Shown: positions 17,774-27,125, counted from the whole stretch's first letter. The stretch is DNA of 62,506 nucleotides, filler included, from an uncultured bacterium (GCA_964371695.1; 9 parts of 9 records of this genome joined end to end with filler, not necessarily neighbours in it), one strand, 5' to 3'. Numbers and translations are program-made. Notes: a model not told the origin generated them from the sequence alone.

Positions 17774-17974
17774 CGGCGGGCCGAAAGACCCTCTTTCTCT
17801 TTGACTGAGAAAAAATCTGCGTGTTGTTAGTGGGGCGGGCGTCCCCGCCTGCCTCAAACAAAAAAGTCAATTCAACAAGCCTCGTGTCCAGAATCCCCCC
17901 AACGTGAAACAAACGCTGGCGTGGTTTTCCGCAGGGCCTACAATCGACAAACTTTTTGTTTCCCAGGAGGAACC

Positions 17975-18568
17975 ATGTCGTATCAAGCCATCAAATATGA
18001 GGCCAAGGATTATTCGTCGCTCAAGGGCCTTTCGGGCATCACCGACGAACAGATTGAAGTGCATCTGAAGCTCTATCAGGGCTATGTGAACCGCACCAAC
18101 GCCCTGCTGGAAAAACTGGCGTCGCTGGCCAATGCGGGCACCGCCGACAGCAGCTTTCAGGAACTCAAGCGCCGCGCCGGATGGGAGTTCAACGGCATGC
18201 GGCTGCACGAGTATTACTTTGACAACCTCACCGCCGGGGCCACCCCCCTGGCCGCCGACAGCGCCTTTGCCCAGGCCGTGAGCAAACAGTTCGGCTCGGT
18301 AGACGCCTGGAAGGCCGACCTCATGAACACCGCCAAAATGCCGGGTGTGGGCTGGGTCATCACCTACAAAGACAACACCAACGGCCAGCTCATCAACCAG
18401 TGGATTGAAAAACACGAGTCGGGCCACCCCGCCGGTTGCCAGCCTTTGCTGGTGCTGGATTGCTGGGAGCACGCATTCAGCGTCTACCGCAAACCCACCG
18501 ACCGCCCCGCCTATCTCGACGATTTCTACGCCAACGTCAACTGGTCCGTGGTGGCATCGCGGCTGTAA
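17975..18568 (+). CDS. Fe/Mn superoxide dismutase
   Basis: Metal ligands 'HLKLYQGYV', 'LHEYYFDNL' and 'LDCWEHAF'; AGGAGG RBS before ATG 17975. Confidence 0.9.
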   Translation: MSYQAIKYEAKDYSSLKGLSGITDEQIEVHLKLYQGYVNRTNALLEKLASLANAGTADSSFQELKRRAGWEFNGMRLHEYYFDNLTAGATPLAADSAFAQAVSKQFGSVDAWKADLMNTAKMPGVGWVITYKDNTNGQLINQWIEKHESGHPAGCQPLLVLDCWEHAFSVYRKPTDRPAYLDDFYANVNWSVVASRL

Positions 18569-18674
18569 TGGTTCATCTGGTTAAAAATGAGCAGTAGGTG
18601 CGGTGTCCCCACCGCACCCATGCCGCAGCGATGAGGACATCGCTGCTACTCAGTTCATTGCGGATGAACCAGTA
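18566..18674. mobile_element. 109-bp REPIN/MITE-like element, copy 1
   Basis: Termini TAATGGTTCATC / GATGAACCAGTA enclosing two inverted GTAG REPs. A same-length homolog lies at 27126-27234. Confidence 0.75.
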
Positions 18675-18698
18675 GTTTTTTTCCTTTCGTTTTCACAG

Positions 18699-18726
18699 AA
18701 GCACCGGCTCATGCCGGTGCTTTTTT
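18699..18726 (+). terminator. rho-independent terminator downstream of SOD
   Basis: aagcaccggc-tcat-gccggtgc followed by a T-run. Confidence 0.8.
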
Positions 18727-18762
18727 GTGGTGGGTGAGTTAAAAAAAGAGAATGGATTGGGA

Positions 18763-18889
18763 GTAGCGGCGATGTCCCCATCGCCCATTGACAAAGCANN
18801 NNNNNNNNGGAGGGCCCCAGCGCCTATTTAAATCCCATGAAAAAAGCTGATTTTTTATTGTTTTTGCGCGGTGGGGACACCGCGCCTAC
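18763..18889. repeat. inverted pair of GTAG-type REPs (spans a 10-N gap)
   Basis: gtagcggcgatgtccccatcgcc and gcgcggtggggacaccgcgcctac. Confidence 0.7.
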
Positions 18890-18909
18890 TCCAAAAAATG
18901 GGTAAAAAG

Positions 18910-19602
18910 TCAGGATTTTTTCTGCAACAGGGAAATGTCACTGATCAGCAGTTCCACGTCGCGGGGCATCACGCCGCTGTAAAGACCCCGCATGTGGCCT
19001 TGCCTGTCCACCAGAAAAAAGTTTTCGCTGTGCAGAAAACTGTCTTCACCGGTTTTCCGCCCCAGGTCTTCATCGGCAAAAAAGTTTTGCCGGGCGTGTT
19101 GGAACAGGGCAGTTTTTTTGCCGGTGAGCAGGTGCCAGTTGGGGCTGGTGATGCCCTGCTGGCGGGCGTAGTGCCTGAGCAGTTCGGGGGTGTCGGTGGC
19201 AGGAGTGAGGCTGTGGGAGAGAATCACCACGTCCGTGTCATTTGCAAAGGCTTTTTGCACCCGTTTGAGATTGCGCATGGTGGCGGGGCAAATGCCGTGG
19301 CAGGTGGGGTAAAAAAAACTTGCCACCACGATTTTCCCCGTCAGGTCGCGCTGGGTGATGTTGGCCTGCCGGTGGCTGGTGAGCGAAAACTGCCCGATGC
19401 TGTGCAGGGTTTTGAGCCGTTTGTCGCCGGGTTTCAGCCACAGGGGCGTGAAATCTGCCGACTGGTAATAAGGCAGCGCGCTGGTGTCGTGCGTGGGGGA
19501 GAGCCGGATTTTGGCAGGGGCGGCGGCCCGCGAATGGCAGGCGCTCAGCCCCAGGGTCAGCGCCAGGGCCAGCAGGCAATGCAGCAGATTAGTTCTGACC
19601 AT
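18910..19602 (-). CDS. SCO1/SenC-family copper chaperone lipoprotein
   Basis: Lipobox LSAC, 'FFYPTCHGICP' (CxxxC), 'DTPELL' and 'LHSENFFLVD'. Confidence 0.9.
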   Translation of the reverse strand: MVRTNLLHCLLALALTLGLSACHSRAAAPAKIRLSPTHDTSALPYYQSADFTPLWLKPGDKRLKTLHSIGQFSLTSHRQANITQRDLTGKIVVASFFYPTCHGICPATMRNLKRVQKAFANDTDVVILSHSLTPATDTPELLRHYARQQGITSPNWHLLTGKKTALFQHARQNFFADEDLGRKTGEDSFLHSENFFLVDRQGHMRGLYSGVMPRDVELLISDISLLQKKS

Positions 19603-20173
19603 TGGGGTTGAGCTTGAAACACAGGCGGGGGTTGTAGAGTCCATATTTTCGTCCTTCTTTCACGGTGTAGTTGGCATAAAGTTTTCCGTTTTCGCGCCAA
19701 GCGCGCTGGGGGCCGTCCTCTTGTCCGTGCATAAAATAAAATGCGGCCTGGGGCTGGCCGCTGGCATACCACGACCTTGCAAAACCGTGATAAACGCCGT
19801 CTTTGAACGTGGCCCTGAAAGCCATTTTGCCGTTGGGGTGCCAGCCCCTGTGAGTGCCGGATTTCTGGCCGTTTGTATAAAACCGCTGGCTGGCCACACG
19901 GCCGTTGGCGTGCCAGAACAGAACCTCGCCGTGGACCAGACCACGCCGGTAATGCCACAGGCTTTCCCGTTTTTCGTTGTCATAAAACGAAACCACCTGG
20001 CCGGTGAAGGAGTTGTTGTGATGCAGCAGCAGGCCATTGATGGTGCGCAGTTCAGGGTCGTTTTTATTCACGGTGGGGGAGGGGCGAAAAAACACACCGG
20101 CGGCGGCAAGAGCCAGCAAAAGCACCACCGGAATCATCCGGTGGTGCAAGGATTTTTGGGGCCTGGGCGTCAT
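19589..20173 (-). CDS. MORN-variant repeat (YwqK-like) membrane-anchored protein
   Basis: N-terminal TM and repeats 'HGEVLFWHANG', 'SGTHRGWHPNG', 'HGFARSWYASG' and 'DGPQRAWRENG'. Confidence 0.85.
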   Translation of the reverse strand: MTPRPQKSLHHRMIPVVLLLALAAAGVFFRPSPTVNKNDPELRTINGLLLHHNNSFTGQVVSFYDNEKRESLWHYRRGLVHGEVLFWHANGRVASQRFYTNGQKSGTHRGWHPNGKMAFRATFKDGVYHGFARSWYASGQPQAAFYFMHGQEDGPQRAWRENGKLYANYTVKEGRKYGLYNPRLCFKLNPNGQN

Positions 20174-20179
20174 GGCTGC

Positions 20180-20905
20180 TCAGTTGGTGGTGGTGCCGGG
20201 GGTGCCGTAATACTGGCCGCCGTTGATGTAGGGCGAGTCGCTGGTGATGTGGTAGTGGTAGATGCCCTGGGGGTAATCGGTGGTGGCGTGGTTGTGGCCG
20301 TGATAAGAGTCCAGGCTTGCGCTGGTGAGGGTTTTGCCGTTTTCAACGGGGCCATACACGGGGAAACCGTCCAGCAGAAACCCAATCAGCGAATCCTTGC
20401 CGTTTTTGCTGGTGAGCCAGAGCGGCTCCACGTGATAGTGATACATGCCCGTTTGCTGGGGGTGGCCGTTGTATTGGTCAAAGCTGTTGATTTCGTTGGT
20501 CAGGGGCTGGTTTGGCCCGGCGTATTGATTGAACAGCGGCACGCCGTTCAGCGCCATGCCGATTGGCCCCAGGCTGGTGCTGCGTTTGGTGGCTGCGGCG
20601 GCCGGGTTTGCCGGAATTCGGATTTCGAAGTTCTGGCTGCTGATGCTGTTGGGGTTTTGCGACCAGTTGGGATTGGCGCCGTTATAAGCTTCATAACGGG
20701 AATCGGTGCGGCTGAAGTAGGGGCTTTTGTGGTCGGGCACGCCGGTGGATTTCAGCGTGATGGTGTCGCTTGCCTGGCTCACCGTGACGCCGCTGCTGTA
20801 GCGGGCAAAGGCGGCGGCCAGTGTGCTGCTGGGGGTGGTGGTGGGTGTTGTCGTGGGCGTGGTGGAGGCGGTGGGTGTTGCGGCAGGCATGGGGGTGAGT
20901 GACGC
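20180..20905 (-). CDS. YHYH-domain protein (5' truncated at contig end)
   Basis: 'GPIGMALNGVPLFN', 'GHPQQTGMYHYH', 'LIGFLLDGFPVYG' and 'GIYHYHIT'. Confidence 0.9.
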   Translation of the reverse strand, partial: ASLTPMPAATPTASTTPTTTPTTTPSSTLAAAFARYSSGVTVSQASDTITLKSTGVPDHKSPYFSRTDSRYEAYNGANPNWSQNPNSISSQNFEIRIPANPAAAATKRSTSLGPIGMALNGVPLFNQYAGPNQPLTNEINSFDQYNGHPQQTGMYHYHVEPLWLTSKNGKDSLIGFLLDGFPVYGPVENGKTLTSASLDSYHGHNHATTDYPQGIYHYHITSDSPYINGGQYYGTPGTTTN

Positions 20906-21101
20906 NNNNNNNNNNNNNNNNNNNNNNNNNNNNNNNNNNNNNNNNNNNNTTAATTAATTAANNNNNNNNNNNNNNNNNNNNNNNNNNNNNNNNNNNNNNN
21001 NNNNNCAAGGCCAATAAAACCAATGAACATTCCTGCTATTTTGAATGTTCATTGGTATGATGACATGCCAATTTCGAAAACGCGCCAAGCCCCACACACC
21101 C

Positions 21102-21653
21102 TCATCGTGTAAACAGTTCGCCTCCGTCGGCCAGCAGCACGCGGTGCCAGCCCTCTTGGGTGGTGCGGTGCTCCATCAAAAAACGTTCGCCGGATTTGAG
21201 CATCAGGGCGGCGTCGCTTTCCAGGGACGGTTTCTTGAACAGCGTCAGTCCCTGCTCACCCACGGTGTAGGCCCGGAGCGGTCCCGATTTCAGCCGCAGA
21301 TAGGCTCCAAAGGCCCAGCCCTCGTTTTCGCCGTCGCGCAGAAAAAACCAGCCGTCTTTTTGTTTGAGCAGTGTCACCGCCTGACCCGGCGCAAGCTGAA
21401 ACACCCGCGCCGCCGACACCGAGGGCGTTTGGCGCACGTTCAGGTGTTTGGTGCTGCCGGGCAGGGCCACCTGCGACGCCATGGGCAGCCAGCGTTTTGA
21501 TTTTTTTTGCACCGCAGGTGCGCCGGTGTCTTCATCCAGGGGCCGCCCCATCTGCTCCTGATAACGCTTTTTCTGCTCGGCCACGGGGGTGTAGCAACCC
21601 GGCAGCAACACCAGCAGCAGAATCATGACGCCCCAGGCTCGCTGCATTACCAT
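21102..21653 (-). CDS. lipoprotein with two bacterial SH3 domains
   Basis: Lipobox LPGC, 'LNVRQTPSVSA', 'DGWFFL...EGWAFGAYL' and second repeat 'EGWHRV'. Confidence 0.75.
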   Translation of the reverse strand: MVMQRAWGVMILLLVLLPGCYTPVAEQKKRYQEQMGRPLDEDTGAPAVQKKSKRWLPMASQVALPGSTKHLNVRQTPSVSAARVFQLAPGQAVTLLKQKDGWFFLRDGENEGWAFGAYLRLKSGPLRAYTVGEQGLTLFKKPSLESDAALMLKSGERFLMEHRTTQEGWHRVLLADGGELFTR

Positions 21654-21654
21654 C

Positions 21655-21897
21655 TCAAGCCTTCCGCACATACAGCCGCAGGTGGTCCGGCTCCTGCTGG
21701 CTAAGCACCACGGTGTGGCCTTCTTCGACCACGGACTGCGGCACGTTTTCGGCGGCGTCACCGCTCAAAAAAAGCTCCAGCACCTGACCCGGCGCAAGTT
21801 TTTCCAGCGCCAGTTTGGTTTTGACAAAGTTGATGGGGCAGGCCACGCCACGGATATCCAGCGAGGCGTCGGGTGTGGGTGGGTTTGGCAGATCCAT
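21655..21897 (-). CDS. TusA/SirA-family sulfur carrier
   Basis: 'LDIRGVACPINFVKTKLALEKLAPGQVLE' (CPxN variant of the CPxP motif). Confidence 0.88.
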   Translation of the reverse strand: MDLPNPPTPDASLDIRGVACPINFVKTKLALEKLAPGQVLELFLSGDAAENVPQSVVEEGHTVVLSQQEPDHLRLYVRKA

Positions 21898-21933
21898 AAA
21901 AAGCGCAGTCCAAAAAGGCCGAGGTCAGCCCGG

Positions 21934-22278
21934 CTATTCCATGCCGGCTGCTTCCTCCTGTTCGGATTTGTGGTGCATTTTCTGCATCACGGTGTCCATG
22001 ATTTCCTGTGTGCGGCTTTTGCCCGCCTGGGCCACCACCTGGGCGCGTTCGCGGCTGTGCTGCAAAGAGTCCTTGCTCTGTTCCACCATGTCGGCGACTT
22101 TTTCGCTGGCCTGACCAAACTGCTCTTTCCATTGTTCACGGGTTTCTGCGCCGGGCCGGGGCGCGGTGAGCAACCCCACCACATAACCCACCGCCGTGCC
22201 CACGGCGCCGCCCAGCGCAAACGCCTTCAACACGGTCCATCCGCCGCCGTGATGGTGATGATGCTGTTGCTCAGCCAT
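21934..22278 (-). CDS. YtxH-domain protein
   Basis: 'FALGGAVGTAVGYVVGLLTAPRPGAETRE'. Confidence 0.85.
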   Translation of the reverse strand: MAEQQHHHHHGGGWTVLKAFALGGAVGTAVGYVVGLLTAPRPGAETREQWKEQFGQASEKVADMVEQSKDSLQHSRERAQVVAQAGKSRTQEIMDTVMQKMHHKSEQEEAAGME

Positions 22279-22678
22279 TTGGTCCCCCTTGTTTTTTGCT
22301 GCCCAGATACCACTTCAGCACGCTCAGCGCACCCCCCAGCACACCGGCGGTCTGCATGGCCAGCGGCGTGGCCAGTCGGCGCACCTGACTGGTGATGGAT
22401 TTCACGTCGGTGGAAACATCGGTGAGGGTTACCATCAGGCGGCCCGCTTCGTCCACCGGGGCTTTGGTTTTTTCCATCAGCCCCTGCAGGGTGATGAGGT
22501 TGTCGTTGACTTTGTCCAGCGTGGGCAGGGCCTTTTGCTGCAACTGGGTCATGCTCTCCTGCAACTGGCGCAGGTTTTTGAGCACCTGTACCAGCACCAC
22601 GGCCACCACGGCGGTCCACACCACGCTCACCGCCGCCATCACTCCCAGAAAAAGAGCGCTCCATCCCTCTGAAGACAT
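22271..22678 (-). CDS. DUF948/YtxG-like membrane protein
   Basis: N-terminal TM plus coiled coil, directly upstream of the YtxH gene as in ytxG-ytxH. Confidence 0.7.
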   Translation of the reverse strand: MSSEGWSALFLGVMAAVSVVWTAVVAVVLVQVLKNLRQLQESMTQLQQKALPTLDKVNDNLITLQGLMEKTKAPVDEAGRLMVTLTDVSTDVKSITSQVRRLATPLAMQTAGVLGGALSVLKWYLGSKKQGGPNG

Positions 22679-22741
22679 CCAAACATTATAAGGAAGTCAC
22701 ACCAGCAAAGTTGAAGGTTGGTTTTGCATTATGCTTGCGAC

Positions 22742-23665
22742 ATGAAACGAGTCGTGAGCATTTCACTGGGCAGCAGCCGCCGTGACAAGGCCGTGCAGGC
22801 CACGTTCATGGGGCAGGAATTTTCCATCGAGCGACGGGGCACCGACGGCGATCTCAAGCGGGCCTGCCAACTGATAACCGAGCTGGACCAGAGCGGCGAG
22901 GTGGCCGCCATTGGCCTGGGAGGCATTGACCTTTACCTCATCGCGGGCGGCAAAAAGTATGTGATTCAGGACGCCCTGAAAATGAAGAACGCATCCAAAA
23001 ACACGCCGGTGGTGGATGGCAGCGGCCTGAAAAACACTTTGGAGCGCCGCGTGGTGCGCCATCTGTTTCAGCATCATCCCGACTTTCGCCCCGGCGTGAA
23101 GGTGCTGCTCACCAGCGCGGTGGACCGCTTTGGCATGGCCGAGGCCCTGGTACACGAAAAAGCCGACGTGATTTTTGGCGACCTCATTTTCGCCCTGGGC
23201 ATTCAGCGGCCCATCACCTCGCTGGGGGCGCTCAAGTTCATCGCGGCCTCGCTGTTGCCGGTGCTCACGCGCCTGCCCTTTGAGGTGCTTTATCCCACCG
23301 GCGAAAAACAGGACAAAGCCCCCAGCGGCGGCGCGAAATTCGCCCGGTGGTATCAGAACGCCAAGGTGATCGCCGGGGATTATCACCTGGTGCGCAAACA
23401 CATGCCGCCCCGCATGGACGGCAAGATCATCCTCACCAACACCACCACCGAAGAAGACGTGAAGGAACTGCGCGACCGGGGCGTGCAATCACTCATCACC
23501 ACCACGCCGGTGCTGGATGGCCGCAGCTTTGGCACCAACGTGATGGAAGGCATGTTCGTGGCGCTCCGCAACAAAGGCCAGGAACCCCTCACCGACCAGG
23601 ATTTTGAGGACATGCTGGAACAACTGAAGTTTGAACCCAACGTGCGCGTGCTGGCGCAGGAATGA
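22742..23665 (+). CDS. conserved protein of the family often labelled 'quinate 5-dehydrogenase' (function unverified)
   Basis: 'MKRVVSISLGSSRRD', 'ERRGTDGD', 'GLGGIDLYL', 'DGSGLKNTLE' and 'GRSFGTNVME'. Confidence 0.75.
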   Translation: MKRVVSISLGSSRRDKAVQATFMGQEFSIERRGTDGDLKRACQLITELDQSGEVAAIGLGGIDLYLIAGGKKYVIQDALKMKNASKNTPVVDGSGLKNTLERRVVRHLFQHHPDFRPGVKVLLTSAVDRFGMAEALVHEKADVIFGDLIFALGIQRPITSLGALKFIAASLLPVLTRLPFEVLYPTGEKQDKAPSGGAKFARWYQNAKVIAGDYHLVRKHMPPRMDGKIILTNTTTEEDVKELRDRGVQSLITTTPVLDGRSFGTNVMEGMFVALRNKGQEPLTDQDFEDMLEQLKFEPNVRVLAQE

Positions 23666-23683
23666 GCGCCTGGAACTTTTAAC

Positions 23684-24856
23684 ATGTGGGAAGTTAAATT
23701 AGAGACTGGGCACGGAGAAAAATTCACGCCTTCTGCAAAAATTGGCGATGGGCAATCAATCCGGTTTGTCATTGAAAAATCCGAATCTGCCGATGCGTCA
23801 ATTCAAGAATCAAAAAGGTCACTTGAAGCCGCCTTGGAGAAGCAAGGCCCAGCATGGCTTCAAGGGCACGCAGGTTCCTGGTGGATTGATCTTCAAGAAT
23901 TAAAAGCTTCCAATTCCGTGTTCATGAATGAGCAGTGGATGACTGGGGTTTGCGACATTGAGTTTAATTTCCCAAAAATTTTCGAACAAAGTGTTGTGGC
24001 AAATCAACAGAAAATCAAATATGTTGTTCAAGGAAAAATCTCTCCCCCTTTTAAAAGCGAAAACTTTAATCAACTCATTCTAAAAAAAGGTGCTCGGCTG
24101 TGCATCAAGGATCCAAGCACCACTCAGAACCCGCTTTGGATGAATATCAGTAGTAGGCGCATCGAATTTTCGAACGGTCAGCCATTTGAACCCTTGGCGC
24201 ATTGGCCAAATGAATTGGATCGAAAGATTTTTTTTAACAACCTGGAAGGTCCGTCCGCGCCATTTTCTCGTGCAAGTGTTTCTGTTTTTCCTGTAAATCA
24301 ACCTGAACGAAACTTCAGGCGAATGACAAAAAGTCAAAAAGAGGGATTGAACCATTTTCTTGAAACAGGCGACGCCTGGGTCGAAGCTATTGACTCACAA
24401 GTCAGGGCAGATGCTACTTGTGGAGATATTGAAACAAGACTTAAAAAAATTAAATATAAATTAGATTCTATTGTTGACAGTAGGCTAAGGAATTCATTAA
24501 GCCCGTATATTAATGAGCTTGACGAGGTCAGTCGAGGCGAGTCGTTCCTTGCGTCAACGGTATTAATTGGCTCCTTGGTAGAAGCTGCTTTAATTATTCA
24601 TTTAGGCGCGAAGCCAAAAACTCGTTTTTCTGGCCTGATTGCAGATGCCAAAAATAACGTCGCGTTAATGGATTTGGCTGACGATCTTGAGTTCATCGCC
24701 AAATTCAGAAATCTTGTTCATTATGAAAGGTCCAGAAACACTAGTTTTTATCCAACTGGGATTAGTGTCGAACAGTGCCTTGATGCACTCATAAAGCTGT
24801 TGGACAAAATCAACTTTCAGGGGCCCCAAGGCGCTGGCGAAGGCAACCATTCATGA
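23684..24856 (+). CDS. AT-rich orphan protein with C-terminal HEPN/DUF4145-like domain
   Basis: Sharp GC drop relative to flanks; 'ASTVLIGSLVEAAL' and 'FRNLVH' motifs. Confidence 0.6.
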   Translation: MWEVKLETGHGEKFTPSAKIGDGQSIRFVIEKSESADASIQESKRSLEAALEKQGPAWLQGHAGSWWIDLQELKASNSVFMNEQWMTGVCDIEFNFPKIFEQSVVANQQKIKYVVQGKISPPFKSENFNQLILKKGARLCIKDPSTTQNPLWMNISSRRIEFSNGQPFEPLAHWPNELDRKIFFNNLEGPSAPFSRASVSVFPVNQPERNFRRMTKSQKEGLNHFLETGDAWVEAIDSQVRADATCGDIETRLKKIKYKLDSIVDSRLRNSLSPYINELDEVSRGESFLASTVLIGSLVEAALIIHLGAKPKTRFSGLIADAKNNVALMDLADDLEFIAKFRNLVHYERSRNTSFYPTGISVEQCLDALIKLLDKINFQGPQGAGEGNHS

Positions 24857-25186
24857 TGTTGTCGGCCGGGTTTTGCCGCCCCCCCCACCGCGCCCCCCAA
24901 CGCTGCGACCCCCGCNNNNNNNNNNCACTGCTCCCACCCAACGGCGGCCACCGCCGCGAAGCGGCCATGTTTTTCCAACAAGCAACGGCCTCCACCCTCT
25001 TGCACCAGGCCGCCTGCGGCGGCGGTCGGCAAACTTCGTTTGCCTCCGTGGCTGGGGCGCTGCCGCGCCCCTATTTTGTTGATTTTTCGAAGCAGCGGCA
25101 CTTCTCCCATTAACGCCAAACCCCACCCGACACGCCCAAGGCGGCACACAAAACACTCTGTTAAAGTCACAGGCAGGAGGTGTTCC

Positions 25187-26053
25187 ATGACCAATCTGCC
25201 GACTCTTGAATCTCAGGCGTGGCGGCTTTCCACCGGCGTGGTGCGGGGGTTTGACAGCGGGCCGGGCGAAGACCCCGTGCCGGTGCTGTATCTGCACAGC
25301 CTGGGGGGCGACCTGGAAGAAGCAGCCCGGCTGGCGGAACACCTCACCCCCCGCAAACGACTGCTGGCCCACGACCACCCCGGCCTGGGCCGCTGGAGCA
25401 CCCACGAGGAACCCCAGCCCATGGACGTGCTGGTGGACACCGCCGCCGATGTCATCACCCACGTGGCGGGCGGCGGGCCGGTGGACGTGGTGGGCAGCAG
25501 CATGGGCAGCGTGGTGACGCTGCACCTGATGGACCGTTATCCCCAACTGGTGCGCCGGGCCGTGTTGCAGGCCCCCGGCGGCGCGGTGGAGGACTTCCCC
25601 AACAAGGAACTGGTGAAACAGGCGCTGAAGGGGTTTTACAAAACTGTGGCACAGGTGTTTGACCTGCCCCTGGCGGGCGCGGCCCAGCTTGTCTCGAACA
25701 TGTACTGGACCTGGGTGGAGGCGGGGTCTGTGCCAGAGGAGGCCGGTTTCTGGGCGCGCTGGACCGTGCGGCGGCATCTGTCCAAACCCCTGGGCAGCGT
25801 GGGGCGCGAGACGGCGCTCATGTTTTCTCATCTGGTGGACGCCGAGCCGCTGCCGGTGGCCCGGCGCATCAGCCATCCCGTGCTGGTAATCTATGGCGAC
25901 CAGGACGCCATTCCCACCACACAGGAGACGCCGTTTTTGTATCAGGACGCCATGGCCGACGCCCGCGTGGAAGTCATTGAAGGCGCACGCCACATGTTCT
26001 GGCTCAGCCACCCCGCCCAAAACGCCCAGCTTGTGCTGGATTTTTTGGGGTGA
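25187..26053 (+). CDS. alpha/beta hydrolase
   Basis: 'LYLHSLGG', 'DHPGLGR', nucleophile 'GSSMG', 'IYGDQD' and 'GARHM'; AGGAGG RBS. Confidence 0.88.
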   Translation: MTNLPTLESQAWRLSTGVVRGFDSGPGEDPVPVLYLHSLGGDLEEAARLAEHLTPRKRLLAHDHPGLGRWSTHEEPQPMDVLVDTAADVITHVAGGGPVDVVGSSMGSVVTLHLMDRYPQLVRRAVLQAPGGAVEDFPNKELVKQALKGFYKTVAQVFDLPLAGAAQLVSNMYWTWVEAGSVPEEAGFWARWTVRRHLSKPLGSVGRETALMFSHLVDAEPLPVARRISHPVLVIYGDQDAIPTTQETPFLYQDAMADARVEVIEGARHMFWLSHPAQNAQLVLDFLG

Positions 26054-26060
26054 CGCCCAA

Positions 26061-26234
26061 GAACCTGTTTGAAAAGCCCGTCGTGGACTTTTCAAACTCC
26101 CGGCTGGCGGGGGCAAAGCCCCCTTGCCGGGGCGAAAACCTCAGTGTTTTTAACACTTCGGCTTTCGGGTGCGGTCATCCATGACCGCAAGCCCCTGTTT
26201 GAAAACAAATCTTCATTCGTTTTCAAACAGGCTC
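26061..26234. mobile_element. 174-bp MITE with 15-bp TIRs and 3-bp CAA flanking duplication
   Basis: GAACCTGTTTGAAAA ... TTTTCAAACAGGCTC, with CAA at 26058-26060 and 26235-26237; internal hairpins. Confidence 0.7.
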
Positions 26235-26242
26235 CAAGCGCC

Positions 26243-26965
26243 TCACGCACTCATGCGCAAGTCGCCGTCTGCCAGCCTGTCCATTGTGTGCGTCACCCCG
26301 CGCAGACGATGACTGATGCTCAGCCCCATGCGCCAAGCCATGGCCGCCAGCATCAAACTGGCCAGAATCCCCACCGCGCCCACCGCCACAGCCTGATTTT
26401 TCAACCCCAGGGAGGCCTCCAGGCTTTTCTGGTTTTCCGCCGTCCACTGGTTGGTCAGCGTGACCACCAAGTCAACCCCCTGACGCTGCTGTTCATAGAG
26501 CTGTGTCAGCGGCCCCAAGGCCAGTTCACGGGCCTTTTGTGTGTCGCCACCTTGCAGCGCGGGCAAAAAAGCCTCGTCGCGCAGGCGAAAAAAAGCCACC
26601 GCCGGGTCGTAGGCTTTTTCAAGCATGGCCGTGCGCAGTTCTGGTTTTTTCAGGGTTTTTTGCCACACTTCCTGACGGTCAAAAAACTCTTTTTTCAGAC
26701 GGGCCGAATCGGCCAGCAACTGTTTTTGACGGGCTGGCGAAGGGTCTTCAATCAGCCGCAGCACAATGAGATAAGACTCGATGAGATAACAGGGCGGCGG
26801 CAGCACGTCGGCCACTAGGTCTTTGCCGTCCACAATGTCCTGATACACCGTGCCCCCCAGGCTCACCCGGCTGATGGTGTTATAGGACACACCCCCCATC
26901 AGCAGAAAAAACACCAGAAATACAACGGGAAACAAAATCAGCTTGGCGCGAATGGATAAACCCAC
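26243..26965 (-). CDS. chemoreceptor-like sensor (TM-periplasmic domain-TM-partial HAMP) lacking a signalling domain, copy 1
   Basis: GTG start after AGGAGG, 'KDLVADVLPPPCYLIESYL' sensor motif, ends 'MDRLADGDLRMSA*'. Confidence 0.75.
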   Translation of the reverse strand: MGLSIRAKLILFPVVFLVFFLLMGGVSYNTISRVSLGGTVYQDIVDGKDLVADVLPPPCYLIESYLIVLRLIEDPSPARQKQLLADSARLKKEFFDRQEVWQKTLKKPELRTAMLEKAYDPAVAFFRLRDEAFLPALQGGDTQKARELALGPLTQLYEQQRQGVDLVVTLTNQWTAENQKSLEASLGLKNQAVAVGAVGILASLMLAAMAWRMGLSISHRLRGVTHTMDRLADGDLRMSA

Positions 26966-27125
26966 AACGAGTGACCTCCTTGGTATTAGGAAATCCCTGA
27001 CGAACAACGTTGTTTGCCGAAGACAGAAAAATTTTAGCCCAGAAGGTTAGGTTCCGTTAAAAAACAGCCCACTTAGTTAAAAACAGGACATTTGCGTCGC
27101 TTGGCAGGGTGTTGATAACACCCTG

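Noticed and set aside
19589-20173. YwqK 'antitoxin' interpretation
   Set aside because: MORN-variant repeats attract this label generically; no toxin gene is adjacent and the context is YHYH/SCO.
26243-26245. Selenocysteine or readthrough at the shared TGA of the truncated receptors
   Set aside because: Downstream sequences differ between copies, copy 1 hits another stop within about 10 codons, and neither encodes HAMP or MCP sequence.
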